Assembly: GCA_040905475.1 (NCBI GenBank)
Contig: JBBDRM010000085.1
Span: forward strand, 3,959 to 67,958
DNA length: 64,000 nucleotides
Direction: 5' to 3'
Source: Actinomycetota bacterium
GTDB lineage: Bacteria; Actinomycetota; AC-67
Positions 57,071-64,000 of this stretch are shown here, one piece after another (position 1 is the stretch's first letter; each line of letters begins with the position of its first letter). A program made the position numbers and the translations under genes. Under the pieces are notes generated by a model, which was given only the letters and a program-made list of their open reading frames with translations, was not told the DNA's origin and ran no database searches.

Positions 57071-58167
57071 ACAATGCCGGGCGCCGTGGAAAGGCCCGGG
57101 CGTTGAGCGTCGAAAGCTTGATCTCGCGCGCGCGCCGGGACGTTGACGAGGGTCTGGTTCCGTCGTGCCAACTCGCGCTCGCGCGCGGCGGCGAGCTCAT
57201 CGCGTTCGAGACCATCGGCGAAGCGAGCGCCGCGAGCCGGTACACGATCTTCTCGGTGACCAAAGCGCTCGTCGCCGCCGCGGTATGGCGGCTCGTGGGC
57301 GACGGGAAGCTACGCTACGAGGAGCGCGTCGCGGACCTGGTCCCCGAGTTCGACGCGAACGGCAAACGCTCGGTCATCGTGGATCACCTGCTGCTCCACA
57401 CGGCCGGGTTCCCTCGGGCCCCGATGCGGCCCGAGGAGGGTGCGGTGCGCGAGGGTCGCCTCGCGCGGTTCGCGACCTGGCGGCTCGACCGGGAGCCGGG
57501 GACCAGCACCGAGTATCACCCCACCGCCGCGCACTGGGTTCTCGCCGAGCTGATCGAATGCGTCTCGGGTCAAGACTTCCGAACGTTCGTGACCGCGACG
57601 GCCGACGGCGCATTGACGCTGGGCTCCGGCGATGCATTGGACCTGGAGATCGGCGGGGATCCGGCGGACATCGGGACCGTGGAGCGTGGTGACGGCGACA
57701 CGCTCGTGATCCCAGAGATCAGCGGCGATCTCTTGCTCCGCTACAACGAGCCGGCCGTACGTGCCGCCGGGGTCCCGGGAGCCGGAGCGACCGGGACCGC
57801 CGCGGATGTCGCTCTGTTCTTCCAAACGTTGCTCCACAACCCGGGTGAGCAGTGGAACCCCGAGGTACTCGCCGACGGCACCGGCGTCGTTCGCAACGCG
57901 ATGCCCGACCCGTACACGCGGGTCGCGGCGAACCGGACCCGAGGCGTCGTCCTGGCCGGCGGCGACGGGTTCGAGTCGCTGCGTGGGTTCGGGCCCGGCG
58001 TCTCGCCTCGGGCGTTCGCGAGCCCGGGGCTCGGCGGGCAGGTGGCGTGGGCCGACCCCGAGTCTGGACTGAGCTTCGCCTACCTCACGAACGGGCTCGA
58101 CGCGGATCTGGTGCGCGCGTTCCGTCGCTCGATCTCGCTGTCGAAGCTCGCCGCGGCCGTTCGCTGA
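57064..58167 (+). CDS. Serine hydrolase (class C beta-lactamase / esterase family).
   Basis: S-x-x-K motif FSVTKAL. Confidence 0.7.
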   Translation: MSHNAGRRGKARALSVESLISRARRDVDEGLVPSCQLALARGGELIAFETIGEASAASRYTIFSVTKALVAAAVWRLVGDGKLRYEERVADLVPEFDANGKRSVIVDHLLLHTAGFPRAPMRPEEGAVREGRLARFATWRLDREPGTSTEYHPTAAHWVLAELIECVSGQDFRTFVTATADGALTLGSGDALDLEIGGDPADIGTVERGDGDTLVIPEISGDLLLRYNEPAVRAAGVPGAGATGTAADVALFFQTLLHNPGEQWNPEVLADGTGVVRNAMPDPYTRVAANRTRGVVLAGGDGFESLRGFGPGVSPRAFASPGLGGQVAWADPESGLSFAYLTNGLDADLVRAFRRSISLSKLAAAVR

Positions 58168-58253
58168 GGGTCTTCATGGAGAAGAGCAGGCTTTCGGCGG
58201 GCTGCCGGGGGGAAGGTTGGCGCCCGACACATCGAGATCCTCGCGGGGAAGAG

Positions 58254-58853
58254 CTAGCGTTCGGAATCTTCTCTTTCCGCATCGTCGTAAAGCGACTCGA
58301 TACGACGATCGGGGACGAGCCACATCAGGGCGACGAACACGTAGAGGCCCACCGACACCCAGCGGCTCACGAACGCGAACGCGATCGCGACGGAATAGAG
58401 CAGCGGAGAGGCCTTCCCCTTGCGGTCTTTTCCCAGCGCCGCCTTGAGGGCCGAGTCCGGGCCGTGCGCGGAGAGGATCTGACCCTGAAGGATGTAGTAC
58501 GCGATCGCGGACAGGAGCAGGACGATCCCGTAGGCAGCCACCGGCGCCGATGCGAACTCGTTCCCCATCCAGCCGGTGACGAACGGTGTCAGCGAGAGCC
58601 AGAAAAGCAAGTGGATGTTCGCCCACAAGATCCTTCCGTTCACGCGCTTCGTCGCTTGGATCAGATGATGATGGTTGCTCCAGTAGATGCCGAGGAACAC
58701 GAAGCTCAGCGCGAACGTGAGGAACTCAGAGCGCATCTCTGTCAGCGCATTCCATCCCGCCTCATCCATCGGCGGGGTGAGCTCCAGCACCATGATCGTC
58801 ATGATGATCGCGATGACCGCATCGCTGAACGCCTCGAGCCGGGCCGTCGTCAT
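58254..58853 (-). CDS. TMEM175-family (DUF1211) potassium-channel-like membrane protein.
   Basis: RLEAFSDAVIAIIMTIMVLEL signature helix. Start MTTARLEAF at 58853. Confidence 0.6.
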   Translation of the reverse strand: MTTARLEAFSDAVIAIIMTIMVLELTPPMDEAGWNALTEMRSEFLTFALSFVFLGIYWSNHHHLIQATKRVNGRILWANIHLLFWLSLTPFVTGWMGNEFASAPVAAYGIVLLLSAIAYYILQGQILSAHGPDSALKAALGKDRKGKASPLLYSVAIAFAFVSRWVSVGLYVFVALMWLVPDRRIESLYDDAEREDSER

Positions 58854-59002
58854 CAGAACGAAAGCATAGACCGAAGCGGCAATCCCAAGAAGCGCGCGGA
58901 GCGCTCCACCTCGGCACTGAGCGCGCTGCGGTCCTTGTAGGCGATGAAGTACTCGTCGCACGGGGGAAGCAGATGCACCAGGGGCTCCTTCAACAGCCGC
59001 CC

Positions 59003-59347
59003 CTACAACGCGAGCGCGAGCCGAAGCCCTGCGTCCACTTGGTCAACGACCCGCTTCGGAATCGACCGCACCTTCCTCGTGAGGAATCTCTTGTCGATCG
59101 TGATCACTTGGGAAACGTTCGCGACAGAAGTCTTCGGCAGACCACTCTCGCGTCGGCTGAGCAGCACGTTTCCGGGAGCTTCCGCGAGTCGCGTTGAGGA
59201 AGTCACGATGACCGCCAGGATCGTCTGGATGCGACTGCGATTGAATGCATCGGATTGGACGACGAGCACCGGCCTCGAGTACCCGGGCTCGGAGGCGCGA
59301 GGGTCTGGGAGCGTCGCCCACCAGATCTCGCCGCGGCGGATCACCAC
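59003..59347 (-). CDS. mazF: MazF/PemK-family endoribonuclease toxin.
   Basis: RGEIWWATL...RPVLVVQSD...VITIDK. Confidence 0.75.
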   Translation of the reverse strand: MVIRRGEIWWATLPDPRASEPGYSRPVLVVQSDAFNRSRIQTILAVIVTSSTRLAEAPGNVLLSRRESGLPKTSVANVSQVITIDKRFLTRKVRSIPKRVVDQVDAGLRLALAL

Positions 59348-59577
59348 TCCCCGGGCTCCACCGAAGCACTCTGGAGCTGCGCGTCGCCAGGCTCCAGCTC
59401 GGACGCCGTTTCCGAGTACAGCGCGTCGAGCGCCGCGGTCACACCATCGTCTCGATGGTCGTCCACGAACCGCCCGAGTGCACGGGCGTAGAGCTCGCTC
59501 CGCGAGACACCCAGGCGTCGAGCCAAACGCTCGGCCGCGTCGAAGAGCTCGTCGCCGAGCGAGATCGCCGTCTTCAT
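59341..59577 (-). CDS. Antitoxin (RHH/MazE-like), the upstream partner of mazF.
   Basis: Start MKTAISLGDELFDAAERLARRLGVSRSELYARAL. Overlaps the toxin gene by 7 nt. Confidence 0.55.
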   Translation of the reverse strand: MKTAISLGDELFDAAERLARRLGVSRSELYARALGRFVDDHRDDGVTAALDALYSETASELEPGDAQLQSASVEPGEW

Positions 59578-59584
59578 CGGGAAA

Positions 59585-59602
59585 GTATAACCACAGTTAT
59601 AC
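59585..59602. promoter_or_regulatory. Inverted repeat GTATAAC-CACA-GTTATAC in the mazEF promoter region.
   Basis: Seen directly, 8-25 nt upstream of the antitoxin ATG. Confidence 0.45.
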
Positions 59603-59644
59603 CGGTGAGTCCAGAGCGACCTTCGTCGCGATCGCTCCCCCCGC

Positions 59645-60901
59645 CTAGCAGGCGGCCGCGCGCCCCAGCAGCAGCGCGCGCTCGCGGACGTTGAGGGTGA
59701 GCGACGCGGCGCGCTCGAACTCCGCGCGAGCTTCGTCGAAACGGCCGAGCTTGGCCAGGAGGTCACCGCGAACGCTCGGCAAGAGGTGGTAGCCCTTCAG
59801 AGCCGGCTCCTCGGTCAGCGCGTCCACGACCTCGAGGCCCGCCGCAGGACCGAACGCCATCCCAACCGCCACCGCGCGATTCAGCTCGACGACCGGCGAC
59901 GGCGTGATCTGAGCAAGCGCTGCGTAGAGCGCCGCTATCCGGGGCCAGTCCGTCTCCTCGGGAGTGCGCGCTCTCGCGTGACACGCCGCGATCGCCGCCT
60001 GCAGCGCGTACGGACCGCTCGCGCCGCCGAGTTCCTCGGCGCGGTCGAGCGCCGCGAGACCGCGACGGATGAGGAGCTGATCCCAGCGCGCACGGTCTTG
60101 ATCGAGCAATAAGATCGGCTCTCCCGCCGGCCCGGTGCGCGCCCGCAAACGCGACGCTTGGATCTCCATCAGGGCGACGAGGCCGTGCACCTCCGGTTCC
60201 TTCGATGCCAGCCCGGCCAGGATCCGGCCGAGACGAAGAGCGTCCTCGCAGAGCGCCGGCCGCACCCAGTCCTCGCCTGCGGTCGCCGAGTAGCCCTCGT
60301 TGAAGATGAGGTAGACAACCTCGAGCACCGACGAAAGGCGGGGTGCTAGCTCGTCGCCGCTCGGGACCTCGAACGGGACGTGCTCGTCGGCGAGGGTCCG
60401 CTTGGCGCGAACGATCCGCTGCGCGACCGTCGGCTCAGGAACCAGGAACGCCCGCGCGATCTCCTCGGTCGTCAGACCGCCGAGCAACCGGAGCGTGAGC
60501 GCGACACGCGCTTCCGTGGAGAGCACCGGATGGCATGCGGTGAACACCAGCCGGAGGAGGTCGTCACCGATGTCGTCGTCGATCGCGGCGTCGAGGTCCG
60601 CCTCGCCCGTCTCCTGCCGGATAGCGATCTCGTTACCGAGCTCCTCGCGTTTCCGTTCGAGGCGCTCGTTGCGGCGGAACAGGTCGATCGCACGGTGCTT
60701 CGCGGTGGCCATGAGCCATGCTCCAGGGTTGTCCGGGATCCCCGACTCCGGCCAGCGCTCGAGCGCCGCGACGAGCGCGTCCTGCGCGAGATCCTCGGCG
60801 ACGCCGACGTCGCGGACCATGCGTGCGAGGCCGGCGATGAGCTTGGCGGACTCGATCCGCCAGACCGCATCGATGGCACGACGTGGATCGGGAGCCGTCA
60901 C
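59645..60901 (-). CDS. ECF42-like sigma factor with a C-terminal TPR-like extension.
   Basis: Sigma regions 2 and 4, plus an extension of about 200 aa. It is encoded downstream of two DGPF/YciI-like genes, the context described for group ECF42. Confidence 0.7.
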   Translation of the reverse strand: MTAPDPRRAIDAVWRIESAKLIAGLARMVRDVGVAEDLAQDALVAALERWPESGIPDNPGAWLMATAKHRAIDLFRRNERLERKREELGNEIAIRQETGEADLDAAIDDDIGDDLLRLVFTACHPVLSTEARVALTLRLLGGLTTEEIARAFLVPEPTVAQRIVRAKRTLADEHVPFEVPSGDELAPRLSSVLEVVYLIFNEGYSATAGEDWVRPALCEDALRLGRILAGLASKEPEVHGLVALMEIQASRLRARTGPAGEPILLLDQDRARWDQLLIRRGLAALDRAEELGGASGPYALQAAIAACHARARTPEETDWPRIAALYAALAQITPSPVVELNRAVAVGMAFGPAAGLEVVDALTEEPALKGYHLLPSVRGDLLAKLGRFDEARAEFERAASLTLNVRERALLLGRAAAC

Positions 60902-60955
60902 GGCTCCCGATCACACCATCTCCGATCAGCCGGAGCAAAGCCGGCGCGTTTGTGG

Positions 60956-61393
60956 CTACCGCTGTGTGACTTTGCTCTGCAGCTCGTCGCGAAGGGCCTG
61001 CTCGCGCGCGGCCGCCTCGGCCGGGAACACGTCCTCGGGGAAGTCGTTCGCTTCGAACAGCGGGCGGATCTCGGACTCACCCTCGCCGATCGCTGCGGCG
61101 AAGCGCTCGCTCCACTTCAGGCACACCTCCCAGGACGGGAAGTCGGCGAGGACATACCCGGCGATCAGTTCCTTCGTCTCGGTGAACGGGCCGTCGATCA
61201 CCTTGACGATCTTCCCGCCGGAGATCTTCAGGCGCTTGCCTTCAGAGCTCGGCTTGAGCCCGTCCGCAAGGATCAGGTGGCCCGCCTTGGCCATATCCTC
61301 CATGAGCTCACCCATCGCCGCGTACTCTTCCGGCTTCCCCAGGACCCCCGCCTCGGAGTCCTCCGTCGCCTTGACCATCATCAGGAATCGCAT
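60956..61393 (-). CDS. YciI-like (DGPF-motif) protein.
   Basis: MRFLMMVKA...VIDGPFTETKELIAGYVL. Confidence 0.7.
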   Translation of the reverse strand: MRFLMMVKATEDSEAGVLGKPEEYAAMGELMEDMAKAGHLILADGLKPSSEGKRLKISGGKIVKVIDGPFTETKELIAGYVLADFPSWEVCLKWSERFAAAIGEGESEIRPLFEANDFPEDVFPAEAAAREQALRDELQSKVTQR

Positions 61394-61424
61394 CGTCTTC
61401 TCCCTTGGGTTCGAGTTGGCCGCT

Positions 61425-61853
61425 TCAGCGCTGTGTGCTCTCCGTCAACTTCCGTACGCGCTCCTCTTGTTCCCGAAGTTCGGGCGTGAGTACCTCGCCG
61501 AAGTCGTCCGCCTCGAATACCTGGCGGATCTCGATCTCAGACTCACCGGGCATGGGGTTGGGGGCGCGCTTCACCCATTCGATCGCCTCTTCCTTCGACT
61601 TCACCTCGAAGATCCAGAAGCCGGCAACCAGTTCCTTCGTCTCGGAGAAGGGCCCGTCGATCACGGTGCGCTTGTCGCCGGAGAACCTGACGCGGGCGCC
61701 TTTGGAGCTCGGCTGGAGTCCTTCGCCCGCGAGCATCACGCCGGCCTTGGCCAGCTCTTCGTTGTATTTGCCCATCGCGGCAAGGAGCTCCTCGCTGGGG
61801 AGAACGCCGGCCTCGGAGTCCTTTTCTGCCTTGACCATGACCATGAATCGCAT
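61425..61853 (-). CDS. YciI-like (DGPF-motif) protein, tandem paralogue.
   Basis: MRFMVMVKA...VIDGPFSETKELVAGFWI. Confidence 0.7.
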   Translation of the reverse strand: MRFMVMVKAEKDSEAGVLPSEELLAAMGKYNEELAKAGVMLAGEGLQPSSKGARVRFSGDKRTVIDGPFSETKELVAGFWIFEVKSKEEAIEWVKRAPNPMPGESEIEIRQVFEADDFGEVLTPELREQEERVRKLTESTQR

Positions 61854-61993
61854 CGCGGTCCCCTCCTTGTTTGCCCTGGTCCAGAGCTCGGTTCCGGACC
61901 TTCCGACCTGCCTTCTACCCCTACGACGAACGGGTCGCCGCGAAATCGACAGACCGCACCGATCTTTTTCGGGTCGCCGGCAAACGCCCCGAT

Positions 61994-62881
61994 CTAGTCT
62001 CCGATCGCGATCTCTTGGCGCCAGGTCGGGATCTCGTAGCCGAGCAGCTCGAAGAGCCGCTGGTTGTGCTCGGCGTAGCGGTTGTAGAGAAGCTTCCGAG
62101 CTCCTGCCGTCTCCTCCGCATGCACGCGAACGCCAGAGTACGTAAGCGGTCCGTCGAACGCCTGGATGCCGAGGAACCGACAGATCTCGTCGAGCGCACG
62201 GGTCGTGTGTTCAGTGGCGTCCTCGCCGGTCAGCTGACCTTCGAGCCGGCTCTCGCGCAAGCTCCCGCGGTCGATCGTGGCAGCGCTCGCGTCGGTCACG
62301 CTGATCAGCACCCGGTCGCGTGGGAAGTACGGTCGGATGTTCTCGCGGAGGTGCTTGGCGTAGAAGCCGCGGTCGAGCATGCGGCGGCCGCGAAGTGGGT
62401 CGCCGAGGATGTGCTTGCGCACGTAGTCCTCGTCTATCCGGTCGGCGACCGGGAGGGTGCCGCTCCGCATCCGGTGGTTGATCTCCGACAGCAGCCGCGC
62501 TACCGGCTCGCGGAGGAGCACGATGATCTTGGCGTTCGGAAGGACCCGATGGAGTCGGCGCATGAAGCGGTTCGTGCGCATGTACTCCGGGGTCTTCTCG
62601 CCGCAAATCTTCCCGGCCCCGTCCCGGAAGTGCGCGCGGTACCAGTCCAAGCCCTCGTGCCAGTGCTCGTTGAAGAACCGCACCTCGCGCCGAGGCATGA
62701 AGATCCTGGGATGCTGCTTTAGGTTCCCGGCGAGCGAGGTTGTCCCCGCCTTCGACGCACCCACGATCACGAAATCTGGGAGCGGGCCCGCCGCGGCGGA
62801 GCCCATAGGGGGACGGACGTCGCTCAGGCGATTGCGAACCTCGCGAACCACCTCCGCTCTCGTAGAGCGGAGGATACTCAC
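61994..62881 (-). CDS. PAPS-dependent sulfotransferase-family protein.
   Basis: GTG start. 5'-PSB loop VIVGASKAGTTSL. 3'-PB region REPVARLLS. Confidence 0.65.
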   Translation of the reverse strand: MSILRSTRAEVVREVRNRLSDVRPPMGSAAAGPLPDFVIVGASKAGTTSLAGNLKQHPRIFMPRREVRFFNEHWHEGLDWYRAHFRDGAGKICGEKTPEYMRTNRFMRRLHRVLPNAKIIVLLREPVARLLSEINHRMRSGTLPVADRIDEDYVRKHILGDPLRGRRMLDRGFYAKHLRENIRPYFPRDRVLISVTDASAATIDRGSLRESRLEGQLTGEDATEHTTRALDEICRFLGIQAFDGPLTYSGVRVHAEETAGARKLLYNRYAEHNQRLFELLGYEIPTWRQEIAIGD

Positions 62882-62917
62882 GACGCCGGCGAATGATACT
62901 GCGGCGCCGAGGCCATC

Positions 62918-62940
62918 TAACGACCCTGCGGCTCATCGGC
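62918..62940. repeat. Left copy of the 23-bp direct repeat TAACGACCCTGCGGCTCATCGGC.
   Basis: Identical copy at 63663..63685. The pair brackets the higBA module. Confidence 0.6.
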
Positions 62941-63005
62941 CGCGATAACCGCGAAGCGGGGACGCGGTCCGTTCCAGCCGCGCGTTATGCCGCGTTGCGC
63001 CATCA

Positions 63006-63296
63006 TTAGACCGTCAAGGATTCTCTGACTGCATCGGGATGTGTGGCGGCGACGCGGAGCAGAGCCCGGGCAGGGCCTTCGGGACGCCGGCGGCCCTGTT
63101 CCCAGTTCTGGAGCGTCGCGACGCTCACGCCGATCATGAAGGCGAACTCGGGCTGGGATAACCCGAGTCGAGTCCGGATCTTCCGCACTTGAGCGGGTCG
63201 AAACTCGAACCGCCGCGACGGAGCCTTCACGCCGCGCCGAATCTTTCCAGCCTCCCGGACGCTCGCGATCAGTTCCTCGAATTCGTTCGCCTTCAC
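63006..63296 (-). CDS. higA: HigA-like HTH (XRE-family) antitoxin.
   Basis: HTH LGLSQPEFAFMIGVSVATLQNWEQGRR. It lies downstream of the toxin gene, which is HigBA order. Confidence 0.7.
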   Translation of the reverse strand: MKANEFEELIASVREAGKIRRGVKAPSRRFEFRPAQVRKIRTRLGLSQPEFAFMIGVSVATLQNWEQGRRRPEGPARALLRVAATHPDAVRESLTV

Positions 63297-63610
63297 TTCA
63301 GTTCCTCCCGGACAACACGCCCCAACGTCTTGATCTGCGCTGCTGTGAGGTCATCCTGTCGCGTCTTCTCGAACAGGTAGATCATGTACAACCGATCTGC
63401 GGCTCGATCCCAGTAGTACAGAACGCGAAGGCTCCCACGCTTTCCCCGGCCGGGCTGATTCCAACGCACCTTCCGTAGTCCACCAGCCCCTCGGATCACC
63501 GCTCCCTGATCCGGCCGAAGGACCAGCGCTAGTTGGAGCCGCCGGATCTCCTCATCAGGAAGAAGAGAGCAGATGAGCCTTGTGAAGATGGAGGTTTCAA
63601 CGACAACCAC
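63293..63610 (-). CDS. higB: HigB/RelE-ParE-superfamily toxin.
   Basis: GTG start. ...LRVLYYWDRAADRLYMIYLFEKT... is typical of HigB-like killer proteins. ATGA-type overlap with higA. Confidence 0.7.
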   Translation of the reverse strand: MVVVETSIFTRLICSLLPDEEIRRLQLALVLRPDQGAVIRGAGGLRKVRWNQPGRGKRGSLRVLYYWDRAADRLYMIYLFEKTRQDDLTAAQIKTLGRVVREELK

Positions 63611-63617
63611 AAGTTAC

Positions 63618-63636
63618 TATACGCCATTGGCGTATA
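63618..63636. promoter_or_regulatory. Perfect 19-bp palindrome TATACGCCA-T-TGGCGTATA (candidate higBA operator).
   Basis: Seen directly, 8 nt upstream of the higB start. Confidence 0.5.
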
Positions 63637-63662
63637 GTGGTCAAGACCGAATGCCAGGGGCT

Positions 63663-63685
63663 TAACGACCCTGCGGCTCATCGGC
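63663..63685. repeat. Right copy of the 23-bp direct repeat TAACGACCCTGCGGCTCATCGGC.
   Basis: Identical to 62918..62940. Confidence 0.6.
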
Positions 63686-63779
63686 GCCGAGCCGCACTTG
63701 CGCGGCCGATGTCCGTTAGCAGCCGCGAGTTAACTCGTCCGAACTAATGGCTCGATCAACCGGAGTCACCACCGGGCTT

Positions 63780-63820
<41 letters not shown>

Positions 63821-64000
63821 CTACCGGAGTGGTCGCATTTCGAGAACGTACCGCCGACGGGTAGGACTAGCAAGGTTGGCCCGCTTCAGTGCTTAGGAAT
63901 CGCTGACGCGCCGCGGTGTGCGAGGCGCGCCTGTGCGCACTCGCATAACACCGGGAGCATCAGAAGCACCGACGCGCCGACGCCCCAGAGGCGAACTCGG

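Overview
This is a 64 kb window of high-GC (about 70%) DNA that looks actinobacterial: it carries a WhiB-like regulator, heteromeric acyl-CoA dehydrogenase pairs and frequent GTG starts. Coding density is high and many operons are translationally coupled through ATGA or GTGA overlaps. The contents, in order, are:

- A cell-envelope glycan block: a GT-C-like glycosyltransferase, a membrane-fused spermidine-synthase-like protein, a membrane protein and a secreted GH36-like hydrolase.
- Two ABC-2 exporter pairs.
- A TadE/TadG-like pilus-assembly pair with a methyltransferase and tandem Calx-beta surface proteins.
- An AurF-like di-iron oxygenase.
- WhiB and a ferredoxin-reductase-like flavoprotein.
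- A SipW-type (archaeal-type S26B) signal peptidase flanked by two proteins carrying SipW-cognate, TasA-like signal peptides.
- A tRNA-Asn(GTT) gene followed by a roughly 4.6 kb lower-GC integrative island. The island carries two unknown proteins, a lipoprotein, a frameshifted secreted M23-peptidase-like gene and a tyrosine integrase.
- An MBL-fold alkylsulfatase, an archaeal-type phosphoglycerate mutase and an MFS transporter.
- A NarL-type response regulator with its sensor kinase, next to a lipoprotein / CPBP-protease / membrane-protein operon.
- An ECF sigma factor with its anti-sigma factor, leading into a lipid- or steroid-like catabolic cluster. The cluster holds two alpha/beta acyl-CoA dehydrogenase pairs, an SDR, an LLM oxidoreductase, an FAD-linked oxidase, an acyl-CoA ligase, a DUF35 / SCP2-thiolase / thiolase operon, a VOC protein, a wax-ester synthase (WS/DGAT) and an esterase. 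It is decorated with a KstR-type operator and a 17-bp palindrome that occurs twice.
- A TMEM175-like channel.
- vapBC, mazEF-like and higBA toxin-antitoxin modules. The higBA module sits between 23-bp direct repeats.
- An ECF42-type sigma factor with two DGPF/YciI-like genes, and a sulfotransferase.

No rRNA genes or CRISPR arrays were seen. Many of the long ORFs in the supplied track are antisense or GC-frame artefacts and are listed under rejected items. Hand-derived coordinates for intergenic motifs may be off by 1-2 bp.
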